Assembly: GCA_963709345.1 (NCBI GenBank)
Contig: CAVPVX010000011.1
Coordinates: 288,001 to 352,000 of the forward strand
Direction: 5' to 3'
DNA length: 64,000 bases
From: an uncultured Actinomycetes bacterium
GTDB lineage: Bacteria > Actinomycetota > Thermoleophilia > UBA2241
The notes under the pieces: model-generated
Databases searched by the model: none
Told to the model about the DNA's origin: nothing
Seen by the model: only the letters and a program-made list of their open reading frames with translations
Position numbers and translations under genes: made by a program
Shown: positions 11,607 to 25,907 of the stretch, piece by piece
How positions within the stretch are numbered: position 1 is the stretch's first letter
Layout: the number at the start of each line of letters is the position of its first letter

Positions 11607-12156
11607 GCGAGGAGCAGGTCGCCAGGGTCTACGCCCAGGCCCTCTTCGACGCGGCGCGCGATGCGGACGCGGTGGACCTCGTGCGCCGCGAGCTGGGCGA
11701 CTTCGTCGCCGCCCTCGCGGCCTCGGCGTCGCTCCACGACGTGCTCGCCGACCCGCAGGTCGAGACGGCTGCCAAGCAGCGCGTGCTGGTCGAGATCACG
11801 CGCGGCGGGCAGCCGCTGCTCACCAACGTGCTCCGGCTCTTGCTCGACCGCGGGCGCTTCGCCGTTGTGCCTAGGCTGCCGGACTTCTTCGATGAGCTCG
11901 CGGACGCGGGCGAAGGCGTCGTCGAGGTCGAGGTGGTCGCCGCCGTCGAGCTCGCGCCGGCGACGGAGGAGAAGATCGTCGCCCGCGTCCACGAGGCCAC
12001 CGGCCGCCGGGTGGAGCTCGCCCGGCGTGTCGACCCCGCGATCATCGGCGGGCTCATCCTGCGCATCGGCGACGTGATCGTCGACGGCAGCGTCAAGGGA
12101 CGTATCCGCCAGCTGCGCCGCCGGCTGGCTACCGCAGAAGTGAGAGGTGATGTCTA

Positions 12157-12157
<1 letters not shown>
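11603..12157 (+). CDS. atpH: ATP synthase F1 delta
   Basis: [21 protein letters not shown]. Confidence 0.95.
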
Positions 12158-13704
<1,547 letters not shown>

Positions 13705-13705
13705 C

Positions 13706-16052
<2,347 letters not shown>

Positions 16053-16061
16053 GAGGCAGCC

Positions 16062-16493
16062 GTGAGTGACGAGCGCTCAATCGAACTCGAAGTGGTGACG
16101 CCCGACGGCGAGCTCTATCACGACGACGTCCGCATGGTCGTGCTGCCGGGCGTCGAGGGTGAGCTCGGGGTCCTGGCTCGCCACCAGCCGCTGGTGACGC
16201 TGCTCGCCATCGGCCAGACACGGGTGCGCCTCCTCGACGACACGTGGGAGTACATTGCCACCGGCATCGGCTACGCGGCGATCCGCTCGAGCCGCGTGCT
16301 CGTCGTCGTCGACCACGGCGAGTTGGCCGGCGCGATCGACGTGGAGCGCGCCGAGGAGGCGCAGCGCCGCGCCCGCCAGCGCCTTGAGGACCGTGGCGAT
16401 CTCGCGGCTCAGGCGGAGGTCGATTGCTTCCGCGCCGAGCAGGCGCTGCAGCGCGCCGAGAATCGGCTGCGCGTGTCCCGGCGCACGCGCTGA
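16062..16493 (+). CDS. atpC: ATP synthase F1 epsilon
   Basis: VVTPD, GELGVL..H.P, C-terminal helical hairpin. Confidence 0.95.
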   Translation: MSDERSIELEVVTPDGELYHDDVRMVVLPGVEGELGVLARHQPLVTLLAIGQTRVRLLDDTWEYIATGIGYAAIRSSRVLVVVDHGELAGAIDVERAEEAQRRARQRLEDRGDLAAQAEVDCFRAEQALQRAENRLRVSRRTR

Positions 16494-16535
16494 GTCTCGT
16501 CTGGCGCCGGGACGCGCCATACTTGTGATCGTCTG

Positions 16536-17879
16536 ATGGACGGCTCCAGCGAACACGAGCAGCACCTCGAGGTGCATGGCGGCCGGCGTCTGGATGGCGA
16601 GGTCGTCCTCTCGGGGGCGAAGAACTCCGCCCTCAAACTCCTCGCCGCCAGCCTGCTCACCGCCGAACCCTGCACGATCCGCCGCGTTCCCCGCATCACG
16701 GATGTAGACACCATGGTGACGATGCTTCGCGCCCTGGGGGCGGAGGTCGACGGTGAGGCCGATGTGCTGCGCGTGCGGCCGGGACGGGATCTCAACGGGT
16801 GCGCGCCGTACGAGCTCGTCCGCACCATGCGCGCCAGCATCATCGTCATGGGACCGCTCGTGGCGCGCCTCGGCGAGGCCACGATCGCCATGCCCGGCGG
16901 CTGCAACATCGGGCCGCGGCGCATCGACTTCCACATCCGCGGCCTCGAGAAGCTTGGGGCGGTGATCGAGATGGAGCATGGCTTCATCAAGGTGCACAGC
17001 CGGCAACTCAAGGGGGCGGTCGTACCTCTCGACTATCCGAGCGTCGGCGCCACGGAGAACCTCCTCATGGCGGCGACCGCCGCCGAGGGCGAGACGGTCA
17101 TCGAGAATGCGGCACGAGAGCCGGAGATCATCGACCTCTGCGAGTTCCTGATCGGTATGGGGGCGGTCATCGAGGGCGCCGGTACCAGCACCATCCACAT
17201 CGCGGGCGGCTCGGAGCTGCACGGGGTAGACCACGAGGTGATCGCCGATCGCATCGAGGCCGGGACGTATCTTCTGATGGGCGTCGCCACCGGCGGCGCC
17301 GTCACGACGGTCGGCCTCGACCCTGCGCATCTCGAGCTCTTTCTCGCCAAGCTTCGCGCCATGGGCGTCACCGTCGAGGAGGGCGACCGGCGCATCACGG
17401 TGAGCCGCGAGGGCGCTCTCGCTCCGATCGACGTCTCTACGCTTCCGCACCCCGGCTTTGCCACCGATCTGCAGGCGCAGATGATGGCCGTGCTGTCGCT
17501 CGCCGAAGGGACGTCGATCATCACCGAGAACGTCTTCGAGAACCGCTTCGTCGTGGTCGACGAGCTCAACCGTCTGGGGGCGGGTATCGAGACCAGCGGG
17601 CACCACGCCGTGGTCGCCGGGCCCCGCGCCCTCACCGGCACCGTGGTCGAGGCGCCCGACCTCCGGGGCGGCGCCGCACTGGTCACGGCCGGCCTCGCTG
17701 CGGAGGGCGTGACGGAGGTGCGCGGCGTGCAGCACATCGACAGAGGCTACGAAGATCTCGCCGGCAAGCTCACCGCTCTCGGCGCCGAGGTCTCGCGCTC
17801 GCTGCCGGCGCGCCGAACCGGGGAGGAGATGCGCGCGTCTCTCCGGTCGTGCGATGATGAGGCGGCGCGTAGCGCCTGA
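16536..17879 (+). CDS. murA: UDP-GlcNAc 1-carboxyvinyltransferase
   Basis: GAKNSAL, MRAS, PGGCNIG (catalytic Cys), IDRGYE. Confidence 0.97.
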   Translation: MDGSSEHEQHLEVHGGRRLDGEVVLSGAKNSALKLLAASLLTAEPCTIRRVPRITDVDTMVTMLRALGAEVDGEADVLRVRPGRDLNGCAPYELVRTMRASIIVMGPLVARLGEATIAMPGGCNIGPRRIDFHIRGLEKLGAVIEMEHGFIKVHSRQLKGAVVPLDYPSVGATENLLMAATAAEGETVIENAAREPEIIDLCEFLIGMGAVIEGAGTSTIHIAGGSELHGVDHEVIADRIEAGTYLLMGVATGGAVTTVGLDPAHLELFLAKLRAMGVTVEEGDRRITVSREGALAPIDVSTLPHPGFATDLQAQMMAVLSLAEGTSIITENVFENRFVVVDELNRLGAGIETSGHHAVVAGPRALTGTVVEAPDLRGGAALVTAGLAAEGVTEVRGVQHIDRGYEDLAGKLTALGAEVSRSLPARRTGEEMRASLRSCDDEAARSA

Positions 17880-17900
17880 GTGGCGCCGTTCCGGAGGAGC

Positions 17901-19952
17901 ATGGCCGAATACCGCGTCTACAAGGTCGGGGAAGAAGAGCACGTTCGCGACAACGGCGCGGCGTCGCGAATGCCCGCGTCCGAACGCGCCGCGAGCCGTG
18001 GCCGCCGCCGTTCCGGCGCCGACTCTCGTGATGTCGTCTCGCGGCGGTGGTGGTTGTGGGCGCTGGTGGCCGCCGCCGTCCTCGCCGTCGCCCTCCTGTA
18101 CTGGTTCTTCGGACGCGACGCCGTCGGCAATTCCATTGCGGCGCTCGACCTTGCACGGCTCTCGGGCAAGGTGCCCGGCTGGGCCGTGATCGGCGCGCCT
18201 GTGGTTGCCGTGACCGTCGTCGGCCTGGTCACGGTCTACCTGGCCTTCGGCCGGCATCTCGTCCTCAAGCTCATCGCCTTGGCCGTCGTGGTCCTGGCGC
18301 TGGCGACTCCCGGCCTGGCCGTCGGCTACGCCGAGGGGACGCTCGACGTGGTCAGCACCAAGGACGCTGAAGTCACCAGGGACGTCGCGGCCGCCGAGGA
18401 GGAGCTTGAGATCCCGCTCCCCAACAAGCCGATGAACATCCTGCTCATCGGCTCGGACAAGTCGGACGTGCCCGGTGACCCCGGCCGCTCGGACACGCAG
18501 ATGCTCGTGCGCATCGACCCCGAGACCAAGAGCATCTCCATGCTGTCGGTGCCACGTGACTTGCGCGTGTACATCCCGGATCACGGTTACGACAAGATGA
18601 ACACGGCCTACTCCTACGGCGGGCCGAAGCTCGCGGTGAAGACCTTCAAGGAACTCACCGGCCTGCCCATCAACCACTTTGTCGAGATCAACTTCGCCGG
18701 CTTCTGGCACGTGGTCAACATCCTCGGCGGCGTCTACATCCCAGTCGATCACACCTACTTCGTGCCGGCGAGCGCCGACTACAAGTCGATCAACCTGAAG
18801 GCCGGCTACCAGCTGGTCGGCGGCAAGCAGTCGCTGAACTACGTGCGCTATCGCCACGATCAGCGTGGCGACTTCACCCGGATGCAGCGCCAGCAGCTCT
18901 TCCTTCGGGAGCTGCAGCGGCAGTCCGGGCGCTGGAGCAGCGACTGGGGCAAGGTGATAAAGCTGATCAAGGCCATCACCGGCGAGACCAAGTCGGACCT
19001 CGACTCGCTGAGGAAGCTCGAGCCGCTGGTGAATCTCTCGTTCGAGGTGGACACCTCGAAGGTGTATCAGGTGCACCTCGAGGGCGCGACTCCGATGATC
19101 GACGGCATCTCCTACGTCACGGCCACCGAAGGAGAGGTCGCCGAGGCGGTGCACGGATTCACCGACCCGAAGCAGGCGCCCCTGTCGACCAAGGGCCTCA
19201 AGATCTCCAAGAAGATGTATGGGGTCGACATCTACAACGGCAGCGGCATCCCCGGTCTGGCGACATCGGCCGCTTCGCAGCTGAGCGCGCAGGGCTACAA
19301 GGCCGAGGCTCAGGCCGACGCCCCGGAGTTCCCGGGCACGGCGACCGTCGTCTACGCGCCCAAGAGCCTGGAGACGCAGGCCAGGATCATCGGCGAGATG
19401 CTGTGGCCGTCCGACGTGCGCATCGTCGAGCGCGCGTTCGGCGTCGACGACGGCATCACCGTCTTCGTCGCCTCCTCCTTCGACGGCACCATCGAAGCCC
19501 CGGAGGAAGAGGTGCAAGCGCAGCAGACGTTGCAGCGCGGCCAGAAGTACGACTGGGAGTCGTGGCGGGCGCTGGACGCGAAGAGCCCGCTGCGCCTCGA
19601 GGCGCCGACCGCCTGGTCACCCGGCCTCGTCTACGATGAGTTCCGCTCGTACGCGGTCGAGAAGACCGACGGCAAACGTGTCGCCGCTGCCATCGCCGTG
19701 ATCAGGACGCCGATGTCGGGGTTCGCCGGTATACAAGCGATGCGCTGGCTCGACCCGCCGGCGATCGAGAACCCCACGTCCACGCGGACGATCGCCGGGA
19801 CCAAGTACATGCTCTTCTACCAGGGCGCGAACCTCCACATGGTCGCGTGGACGCGGCGCAGCACGCTCTACTGGGTGATCAACACCCTGGACAACCAGCT
19901 GTCCAACGACGTGATGATGGGGCTTGCGACCTCGTTCAAGCCCGTGAAGTGA
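17901..19952 (+). CDS. LCP (LytR-CpsA-Psr) phosphotransferase with LytR_C and an extra C-terminal domain
   Basis: Three TMs, NILLIGSD, GRSDT, SVPRD, YVRYRH, DFTRMQRQQ; YNGSGIPGLA LytR_C. Confidence 0.9.
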   Translation: MAEYRVYKVGEEEHVRDNGAASRMPASERAASRGRRRSGADSRDVVSRRWWLWALVAAAVLAVALLYWFFGRDAVGNSIAALDLARLSGKVPGWAVIGAPVVAVTVVGLVTVYLAFGRHLVLKLIALAVVVLALATPGLAVGYAEGTLDVVSTKDAEVTRDVAAAEEELEIPLPNKPMNILLIGSDKSDVPGDPGRSDTQMLVRIDPETKSISMLSVPRDLRVYIPDHGYDKMNTAYSYGGPKLAVKTFKELTGLPINHFVEINFAGFWHVVNILGGVYIPVDHTYFVPASADYKSINLKAGYQLVGGKQSLNYVRYRHDQRGDFTRMQRQQLFLRELQRQSGRWSSDWGKVIKLIKAITGETKSDLDSLRKLEPLVNLSFEVDTSKVYQVHLEGATPMIDGISYVTATEGEVAEAVHGFTDPKQAPLSTKGLKISKKMYGVDIYNGSGIPGLATSAASQLSAQGYKAEAQADAPEFPGTATVVYAPKSLETQARIIGEMLWPSDVRIVERAFGVDDGITVFVASSFDGTIEAPEEEVQAQQTLQRGQKYDWESWRALDAKSPLRLEAPTAWSPGLVYDEFRSYAVEKTDGKRVAAAIAVIRTPMSGFAGIQAMRWLDPPAIENPTSTRTIAGTKYMLFYQGANLHMVAWTRRSTLYWVINTLDNQLSNDVMMGLATSFKPVK

Positions 19953-21610
19953 GCTTCCTGCGCGCGGTGATGCGGCGGCTCGACCCCTGGGCCGCACTCC
20001 TGCTCGGCGTCCTGGTCGCCTTGGGCGTCGTGATCCTGCTGGCAACGCCTGGGCCGTGGCATCGCGTCGTCGGCCCCGCGCCGGCCGTAACCCTCAAGCC
20101 GCCGCCGCCCGATGACGTCGCGGTGTTCGTGCTGGGAGGACGTGGCGGCGCCTGCTCAGGTGTCGTGTGGCTGCACATCGACGCCGACGAGTTGTCGCTC
20201 ACCGCCGTCGTGATCGCCGGACACGTCACGGGCTCTGTGCCCGGCGCCGGCTTCGCCCCGCTTGCGGACGTCGTCGATACGGCGGGTCCGCGTGCCGCCG
20301 CCGCCGCGCTCAGCGAGGAGCTCGACGTACAGATGGACGCGTGGGTGACGCTCGACCGCAGGGCGCTGGCACAGGCGGTCGATCCCATGTTCCCGATGGA
20401 CGACGTACGCGCCGCGCGCGGCCGGTACCGCCTGGCGTTCTCCGCCTGGAAGGGCAAGGGAGGAGTGGAGGAATCGTGGCGCACCCAGTACGAGACGCTG
20501 CGCGAGGCGCTCCCGCAGGTCGCCTTTCACGAGCTCAACGTCGTTGCGTTCTCGAATTACGTGCTCGGCTTCGGCTTCGTGCGCAGCGACCTTACGCTTC
20601 AAGACGCGACCTCCCTGGCCGACACGCTGCGTGAGATCGACCCCGGCCTCGTCGAGGTGCGCACGGCGGCGGTCGTCGTCGAGACCTGCCGCGGCGCGGA
20701 GATGTGGCACATGGACGCCAGCCGTCTGGAGACGCTGCGCCTGTCGCTTGCTCTTGGTCTCGTTCCTCCCGACGTTGGGCCACGTATCGTCCGCCGGAGG
20801 CGCGCTGCTCGCGTTCTGGTCGTCGCTCCCATGCCGGCCGCCGAGGCGGATGTCTACATCCGGCAGGTGCGCCGGAGCCTGCGTCGCTCCGCCGGCTCGC
20901 CCATCGAAGTCCGGTCGGTCGCGGGCGTCACCGCCGATCTCGCCCTTCGTGCCGCCCGCGCCCTCGACCGGCGCGCTCCACTGGCCGTCCTCGTCGCGCC
21001 GCCGGACGCGGCCGACACCGATGCCGCGGAGATCGTCGCAGAGGTCTACGCGATGTTGAGGAGGCGAGGGCAGGAAGCGGTGGCGGCTGGGCCGCTGCCC
21101 GGACCTGCTGCGTCGTCGGAGGTGAGCGAGCCGCCCACTTCCGGCCTGCGGGTCGTGGTCGCCGGTGGCGGGCTGCCCGTGTCCTGGGCGCCGGACGCGG
21201 CGGAGGACGGCGTCACGAGTCCGCGGAGTGAAGCCATCGTCGGCGCCGCAGCCGCCAACGTCCAGACCCTCGTGCGCGCCTGCTGGCCGGGCGTCCTTGC
21301 GCCGGAGCTCGCGGCGACGCGACTCGGCTTCCCTTTCGTCGCCGCCCGTCACACCGGCGTCGGGGTCGTGTCGGCGACGGAGGATGCGGCGGCGCCCGTC
21401 ATGTCCCGGCTTCGGCTCTGGGGTTTCGTGGTCGGGCGGCTTGTGCTGAGCCCGACGGACTGGACGCCACCCGGCGCGGGAGCGGCGCTCTACTATCGCT
21501 CGTCCTCAAGAATGGCCGCTCGGGTCCTCGCCGACGGGCTGGGACTGGGACCGGCGGCGGTCATCAGGGATGACGATGCGCCGCGGCCCGTAGTTCTCGT
21601 CGTCGAGTGA
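19949..21610 (+). CDS. Degenerate LCP-like membrane protein with C-terminal LytR_C-like segment
   Basis: N-terminal TM; aligns by eye to the neighbouring LCP but lacks the RSD/PRD/RxR/RQ arginines; GTGA overlap. Confidence 0.65.
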   Translation: MSFLRAVMRRLDPWAALLLGVLVALGVVILLATPGPWHRVVGPAPAVTLKPPPPDDVAVFVLGGRGGACSGVVWLHIDADELSLTAVVIAGHVTGSVPGAGFAPLADVVDTAGPRAAAAALSEELDVQMDAWVTLDRRALAQAVDPMFPMDDVRAARGRYRLAFSAWKGKGGVEESWRTQYETLREALPQVAFHELNVVAFSNYVLGFGFVRSDLTLQDATSLADTLREIDPGLVEVRTAAVVVETCRGAEMWHMDASRLETLRLSLALGLVPPDVGPRIVRRRRAARVLVVAPMPAAEADVYIRQVRRSLRRSAGSPIEVRSVAGVTADLALRAARALDRRAPLAVLVAPPDAADTDAAEIVAEVYAMLRRRGQEAVAAGPLPGPAASSEVSEPPTSGLRVVVAGGGLPVSWAPDAAEDGVTSPRSEAIVGAAAANVQTLVRACWPGVLAPELAATRLGFPFVAARHTGVGVVSATEDAAAPVMSRLRLWGFVVGRLVLSPTDWTPPGAGAALYYRSSSRMAARVLADGLGLGPAAVIRDDDAPRPVVLVVE

Positions 21611-21625
21611 ACGTCTCGCAAGACG

Positions 21626-21661
21626 ACGGCGGCGCCTTCCTCTGCGGGAAGGCGCCGTCGT
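21626..21661. terminator. Hairpin between convergent genes
   Basis: CGGCGGCGCCTTCC / GGAAGGCGCCGTCG stem. Confidence 0.7.
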
Positions 21662-21682
21662 GGCGTACACGATGGATCTCAG

Positions 21683-22051
21683 TTAGGCGTGACTGCGGCG
21701 CAGAAGAACTCCGCCGCCGATGAGACCGACGCCTGCGGCGAGGATGAGGAGCACCTCGCTGCCGGTGAAGGCGAGCTGCCCACCCTGGGTCCCAGGATCC
21801 TGCAAGCTCGCCAAGTAGTCTTCGAGGACGCCCCTCAGGTCGGTGTACTGCGCGTAGATCGGGTTGTTCTCGATGAAGTCCAGCGCTGCCTGGATCTCGG
21901 CGGCCGACCAGTTGCCGTCGATGGTGCCGTCCTTGGCATCTTCGATGATCGCGTCGATCACCGACTGCGGCACGGCCGCCTGCGCGACCACGGCGAACGC
22001 GAGCACGAGCAGGAGGACAACTGCGATTACGGTCAGAAGCTTGACCTTCAT
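21683..22051 (-). CDS. Small secreted protein (122 aa) with LAFTG sortase sorting signal
   Basis: Sec signal (MKVK..hydrophobic..AQA), LAFTG + TM + RR tail; GAGGGGGG RBS. Confidence 0.85.
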   Translation of the reverse strand: MKVKLLTVIAVVLLLVLAFAVVAQAAVPQSVIDAIIEDAKDGTIDGNWSAAEIQAALDFIENNPIYAQYTDLRGVLEDYLASLQDPGTQGGQLAFTGSEVLLILAAGVGLIGGGVLLRRSHA

Positions 22052-22213
22052 GTCTTCACCCCCCCTCACAACGTCTTTCCGGCGGTTACCGGTGGAATAC
22101 ACCATACTTGTACCACTTGTCGTCGCACATGACCATACTCCCGCCGGCTCAGAAGCGCGGGTGTGCTGTCCGCGGCACGTCTTCGATATGACGATGACAG
22201 TATAATGCCGCCG

Positions 22214-24467
22214 ATGGACCCCCTGACAAACACTCGCCCTGTTGGCCGAGTGATGCGGCGGCCGCAGAACGCCATCCCTTACGCGGTCGCCGTAGCGGCT
22301 GTGGCGGCCTTCTCCTTCTTGTCCGGGGGGTACATCCTGGGGCGGAGCACCCCCATCGCGGTCGCCGTTCTCCTGCTGGCGGCTGTATGGGTGTGGTTTC
22401 TCCGCCGCCGCCGGCGTCCCTCCTGGCCGTTTGTCGCGGCTCTCGTCGTCTTCGGCCTCTACGCCCTGTGGACCGGGGCCTCCGTGCTCTGGTCGCTCGC
22501 CCCGGACCTGACCTGGGCGGCGTTCAACCTCACCGCGTTCTACCTCGCCGTCCTCGCGGTGCTCGGCCTCACGTCGGTGCGTGTTCTGCAGCTGCGTACG
22601 GCGGGCTACGGGTACTTCGCCGTCGCCGTGGCCGTCGGCGTCTATGCGTTTCTCGGCAAGGCGCTGCCCGAGGTCGTGACGCACGCGCACCGGTACGCGC
22701 GTCTCGACAGCCCGGTGGGCTACTGGAACGTACTCGCGCTGATGATGGTCATGGGGCTCTGCGTGGGCCTTTCTCTCGCGGGGGACCGGCGGGCGCACCC
22801 CGCCTGGCGCGCGCTCGCCGCCGCCGCCGCGGTTCCCATGTGCATCACGTTCTACTACTCCTTCTCGCGTGGCGGGTGGATCGCTCTGGGCGTCGCGCTC
22901 CTGCTCTACTTCGCGTTCACGACCAGCCGGCTCGCCAGCCTGAGCAGCCTGGTCGCGATCGTCACTCCCGTCGCCGTCGTGCTGTGGCGCCTGCGTGGTC
23001 TGAGCACGCTGTCAACGGCCACGACCGACGATGCCCTGCGCGCTCTTGAGGGGGGCGTGCTCCTCCGCTGGTCGCTCGCGGCGATACTCGTCGCGAGCGG
23101 CGTCCAAGTCGCGATCGCCCTCCTCCATCGCGCCGTGCCCTGGCCGCGCTGGCTGCGCTTCGCCGCGGGCGCTACGATCGTGGTCGTGCTGGTGGGCGGG
23201 GCGATCGGGGGTTCGTGGCGATTCCTCGAGCCGCGCGGCGGCACCGCCTGGATCGGCGAGCGCGTGACCGTCCTTCTCGAGGGGAGCGACGAGACGTCGA
23301 GCAATGAGGGGGCGGGGCGCCTCATCTCTCTCAACACGGGGCGGCCGGAGCTCTGGCGTGAGGCGATGGACCAGTGGCGGCACGCGCGCGTGAGTGGGTC
23401 GGGCGCCGGCACCTTCCCCTTCACGCACTACCGCTTCAGGGAGACCGGAGGCGTCACCAAGCACGCGCACAGCCAGTGGTTCAACGTGCTCGGCGAGCTG
23501 GGTACGGTGGGGCTTGCGCTGTTCGTCGCGGCCATGGCGCTGTGCGTCGCCGCGATGGTCGGCAACCCCTTCTCGTGCCGGCGCGACCCGCTGCACCCGC
23601 TCCTCGTGGCGATGCAGGCGGGCGTGATCGCCTTCTTCGTGCACGTCTCCTGGGATTGGGACTGGGACATGGCCGCGATCGGGACGCTCGTGTTCGTCTT
23701 CGTGGCGGCGTCGGCTTCGTACCGCACGGCCCGTGCTGCCGACGAGCGCGATCGGGAGCCGCGGCGAGCGACGTCGTCAGGTGCGCGGGTCGCTGCCGCG
23801 CCCGCTTCGGACGAGCCGGGGCCCGACGAGCCGGATGCGCGCGAGGCGGCCGCGTTCGCGGCCACCGTCGTCGTCACGAGCGCGAACGCCGTCGTGTCTG
23901 CCGGCGGCGATACGATCGCACGCGACCACACGACTGCCGGCGACCGATGTGACCGCGGGCGACCACGTGACCGCGGACGGTCGCGACGCAGCCGACGGCC
24001 CGGATGACAGAGCCGGCGCGCCGGTGGCCGCGCGGCGCCGGCATGCCGGCTGGGCGCCGCGGGTCGTCGCCAGCGTGGCCCTCGTGCTGCTGGCGTTGAG
24101 CTGGATGCCGCCGTATCTGGCGGGTCGCGCGGAGAAGGCGGCGCGCGTGGCGGCCAGCGACGGCGAGGTCGCCGTCGCGCTCGACCACGCCGCGCGGGCC
24201 GCGCACCTTGATCCTCTGGCGGCCGATCCGCTGCTGCTCCAGTCGTCCCTCCTGCAGCAGGAGGGACGCAGTCGCGAGGCGCTCGACAAGGCGGAGGCGG
24301 CGACCCGACTGCAGCCGGCGAACTACAAGGCCTGGTACGAGCTCGGCAGGCTGCAGCTCACCGTGCTGGGCCGCCCGAAGGACGCCAGAGCCTCGTTCCG
24401 CCGCGCGCTCGAGCTCAACCCGTTACACGACGGCAGCCGAGCGGAGCTCGACGCGCTCGCCTTCTGA
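22214..24467 (+). CDS. O-antigen ligase/polymerase (Wzy_C)-family membrane protein with C-terminal TPR; one frameshift near 23946
   Basis: Many TMs, SFSRGG, R..LW, G.GAGTF, HAHS..ELG..G; TPR helices continue in the +1 frame. Confidence 0.8.
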
Positions 24468-24582
24468 GTCCCGGGGGTGCCTCCGGGGATCGCCGCGGGC
24501 TCCCCGGACCCTTGTGGCGCCTGTGGTAGACTCTCGCCCGAAATGGGGCTCCCCCACACCTGCGACGGAGGTGTCGTTCCGC

Positions 24583-25896
24583 ATGCATGCCACTCCGATC
24601 GGGGTCGTCGGCACCGGGTACGTCGGGCTGGTCTCAGCCGTGTGCTTTGCTCACCTGGGCCACGACGTCGTCTGTATGGACATCGACGAGGGCAAGATCG
24701 CCCGTCTCTCCAGAGGGGATGTCCCCATCTACGAGCCGGGGCTCGAAAAGCTCATCGCCGACAACGCCGGCCGGCTGACTTTCACCACGTCCTACGACGA
24801 GGTGCTGGCGGCCTGTCGCATCCTGTTCATAGCCGTCGACACGCCTCCGTCGCCGTCTGGCGACGCCGATCTCTCGCGCGTGCAGCACGCGACGCGCGAG
24901 ATCGCGGCCCGCGGCGGTGAGCGGCTTCTCGTCATGAAGAGCACCGTGCCGGTGGGCACGGGCGAGAAGGTCATGGCCGACCTTGAGGCTCTCGGTGCGA
25001 CCGGCATGACCTACGCGTCGAATCCCGAGTTCCTGCGCGAAGGCGCCGCCATCCAGGACTTCCTCGAGCCCGACCGCATCGTGATCGGCGCGTTCCGCGA
25101 CGAGGACGGCGACGCCGTCGCGGCGCTGTACCGCGGCATCGACACCGACGTCGTCCGCACCAGCGTGCCGACGGCCGAGATGGTCAAGTACGCCTCCAAC
25201 GCGTTCCTCGCCACCAAGATCTCGTTCATCAACGAGATCGCCAACGTCTGCGAGCAGGTGGGCGCCGACGTGCGCACCGTCGCCTACGGCATGGGTCTGG
25301 ACCACCGCATCGGGCCGCACTTCCTGCAAGCCGGCATCGGCTACGGCGGCTCGTGCTTCCCCAAAGACGTGCAGGCGCTCAAGCAGCTGGCGGGGAACAC
25401 CGGCTACCACTTCCAGCTGCTCAACGCCGTCATCGAGGTCAACGCGCTCCAGAAGAGGCGTGTCGTCGGCAAGCTCAAGGAGCGGCTGGGGAACCTGCGC
25501 GGGGCCACCATCGCGCTGCTCGGCCTCACCTTCAAGCCGCAGACCGACGACCTGCGCGAGGCGGCCTCCATCGTCCTCGCCGGCCGCCTGATCCATGAAG
25601 GCGTGCGCGTGAAGGCGTACGATCCCATGCTCGAAGCCGGAGAGCACCCGTTGTTCCCCGGCGTCGTCATCTGTAGCGAGCCACTCGAGGCCCTCGAGTC
25701 CGCGGACGCGGCGGTGCTCGTGACCGAGTGGTCCGAGTTCGGCCGCCTCGACTGGAAGGCCGCCGCCGCGGCGATGTCGCGGCCGCTGCTCGTGGACGGG
25801 CGCAACTTCGTCGACCGCGATGCCGTCACCGCCGCCGGGTTCGAGTACGAGGGCATCGGTCTCGGCGCCGCGGCTCCGACGCCCGTCGCCGGCTGA
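24583..25896 (+). CDS. ugd: UDP-glucose/GDP-mannose 6-dehydrogenase
   Basis: GTGYVG, KSTVP, NPEFLREG, GGSCFPKD, FKP.TDD.R. Confidence 0.93.
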   Translation: MHATPIGVVGTGYVGLVSAVCFAHLGHDVVCMDIDEGKIARLSRGDVPIYEPGLEKLIADNAGRLTFTTSYDEVLAACRILFIAVDTPPSPSGDADLSRVQHATREIAARGGERLLVMKSTVPVGTGEKVMADLEALGATGMTYASNPEFLREGAAIQDFLEPDRIVIGAFRDEDGDAVAALYRGIDTDVVRTSVPTAEMVKYASNAFLATKISFINEIANVCEQVGADVRTVAYGMGLDHRIGPHFLQAGIGYGGSCFPKDVQALKQLAGNTGYHFQLLNAVIEVNALQKRRVVGKLKERLGNLRGATIALLGLTFKPQTDDLREAASIVLAGRLIHEGVRVKAYDPMLEAGEHPLFPGVVICSEPLEALESADAAVLVTEWSEFGRLDWKAAAAAMSRPLLVDGRNFVDRDAVTAAGFEYEGIGLGAAAPTPVAG

Positions 25897-25907
25897 GCCG
25901 CTCCGGC

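Noticed and set aside
16077-19517. Very long antisense ORFs (also 35161-37899, 38820-41081 and many shorter ones)
   Set aside because: Shadows of real genes caused by high-GC codon bias; no motifs
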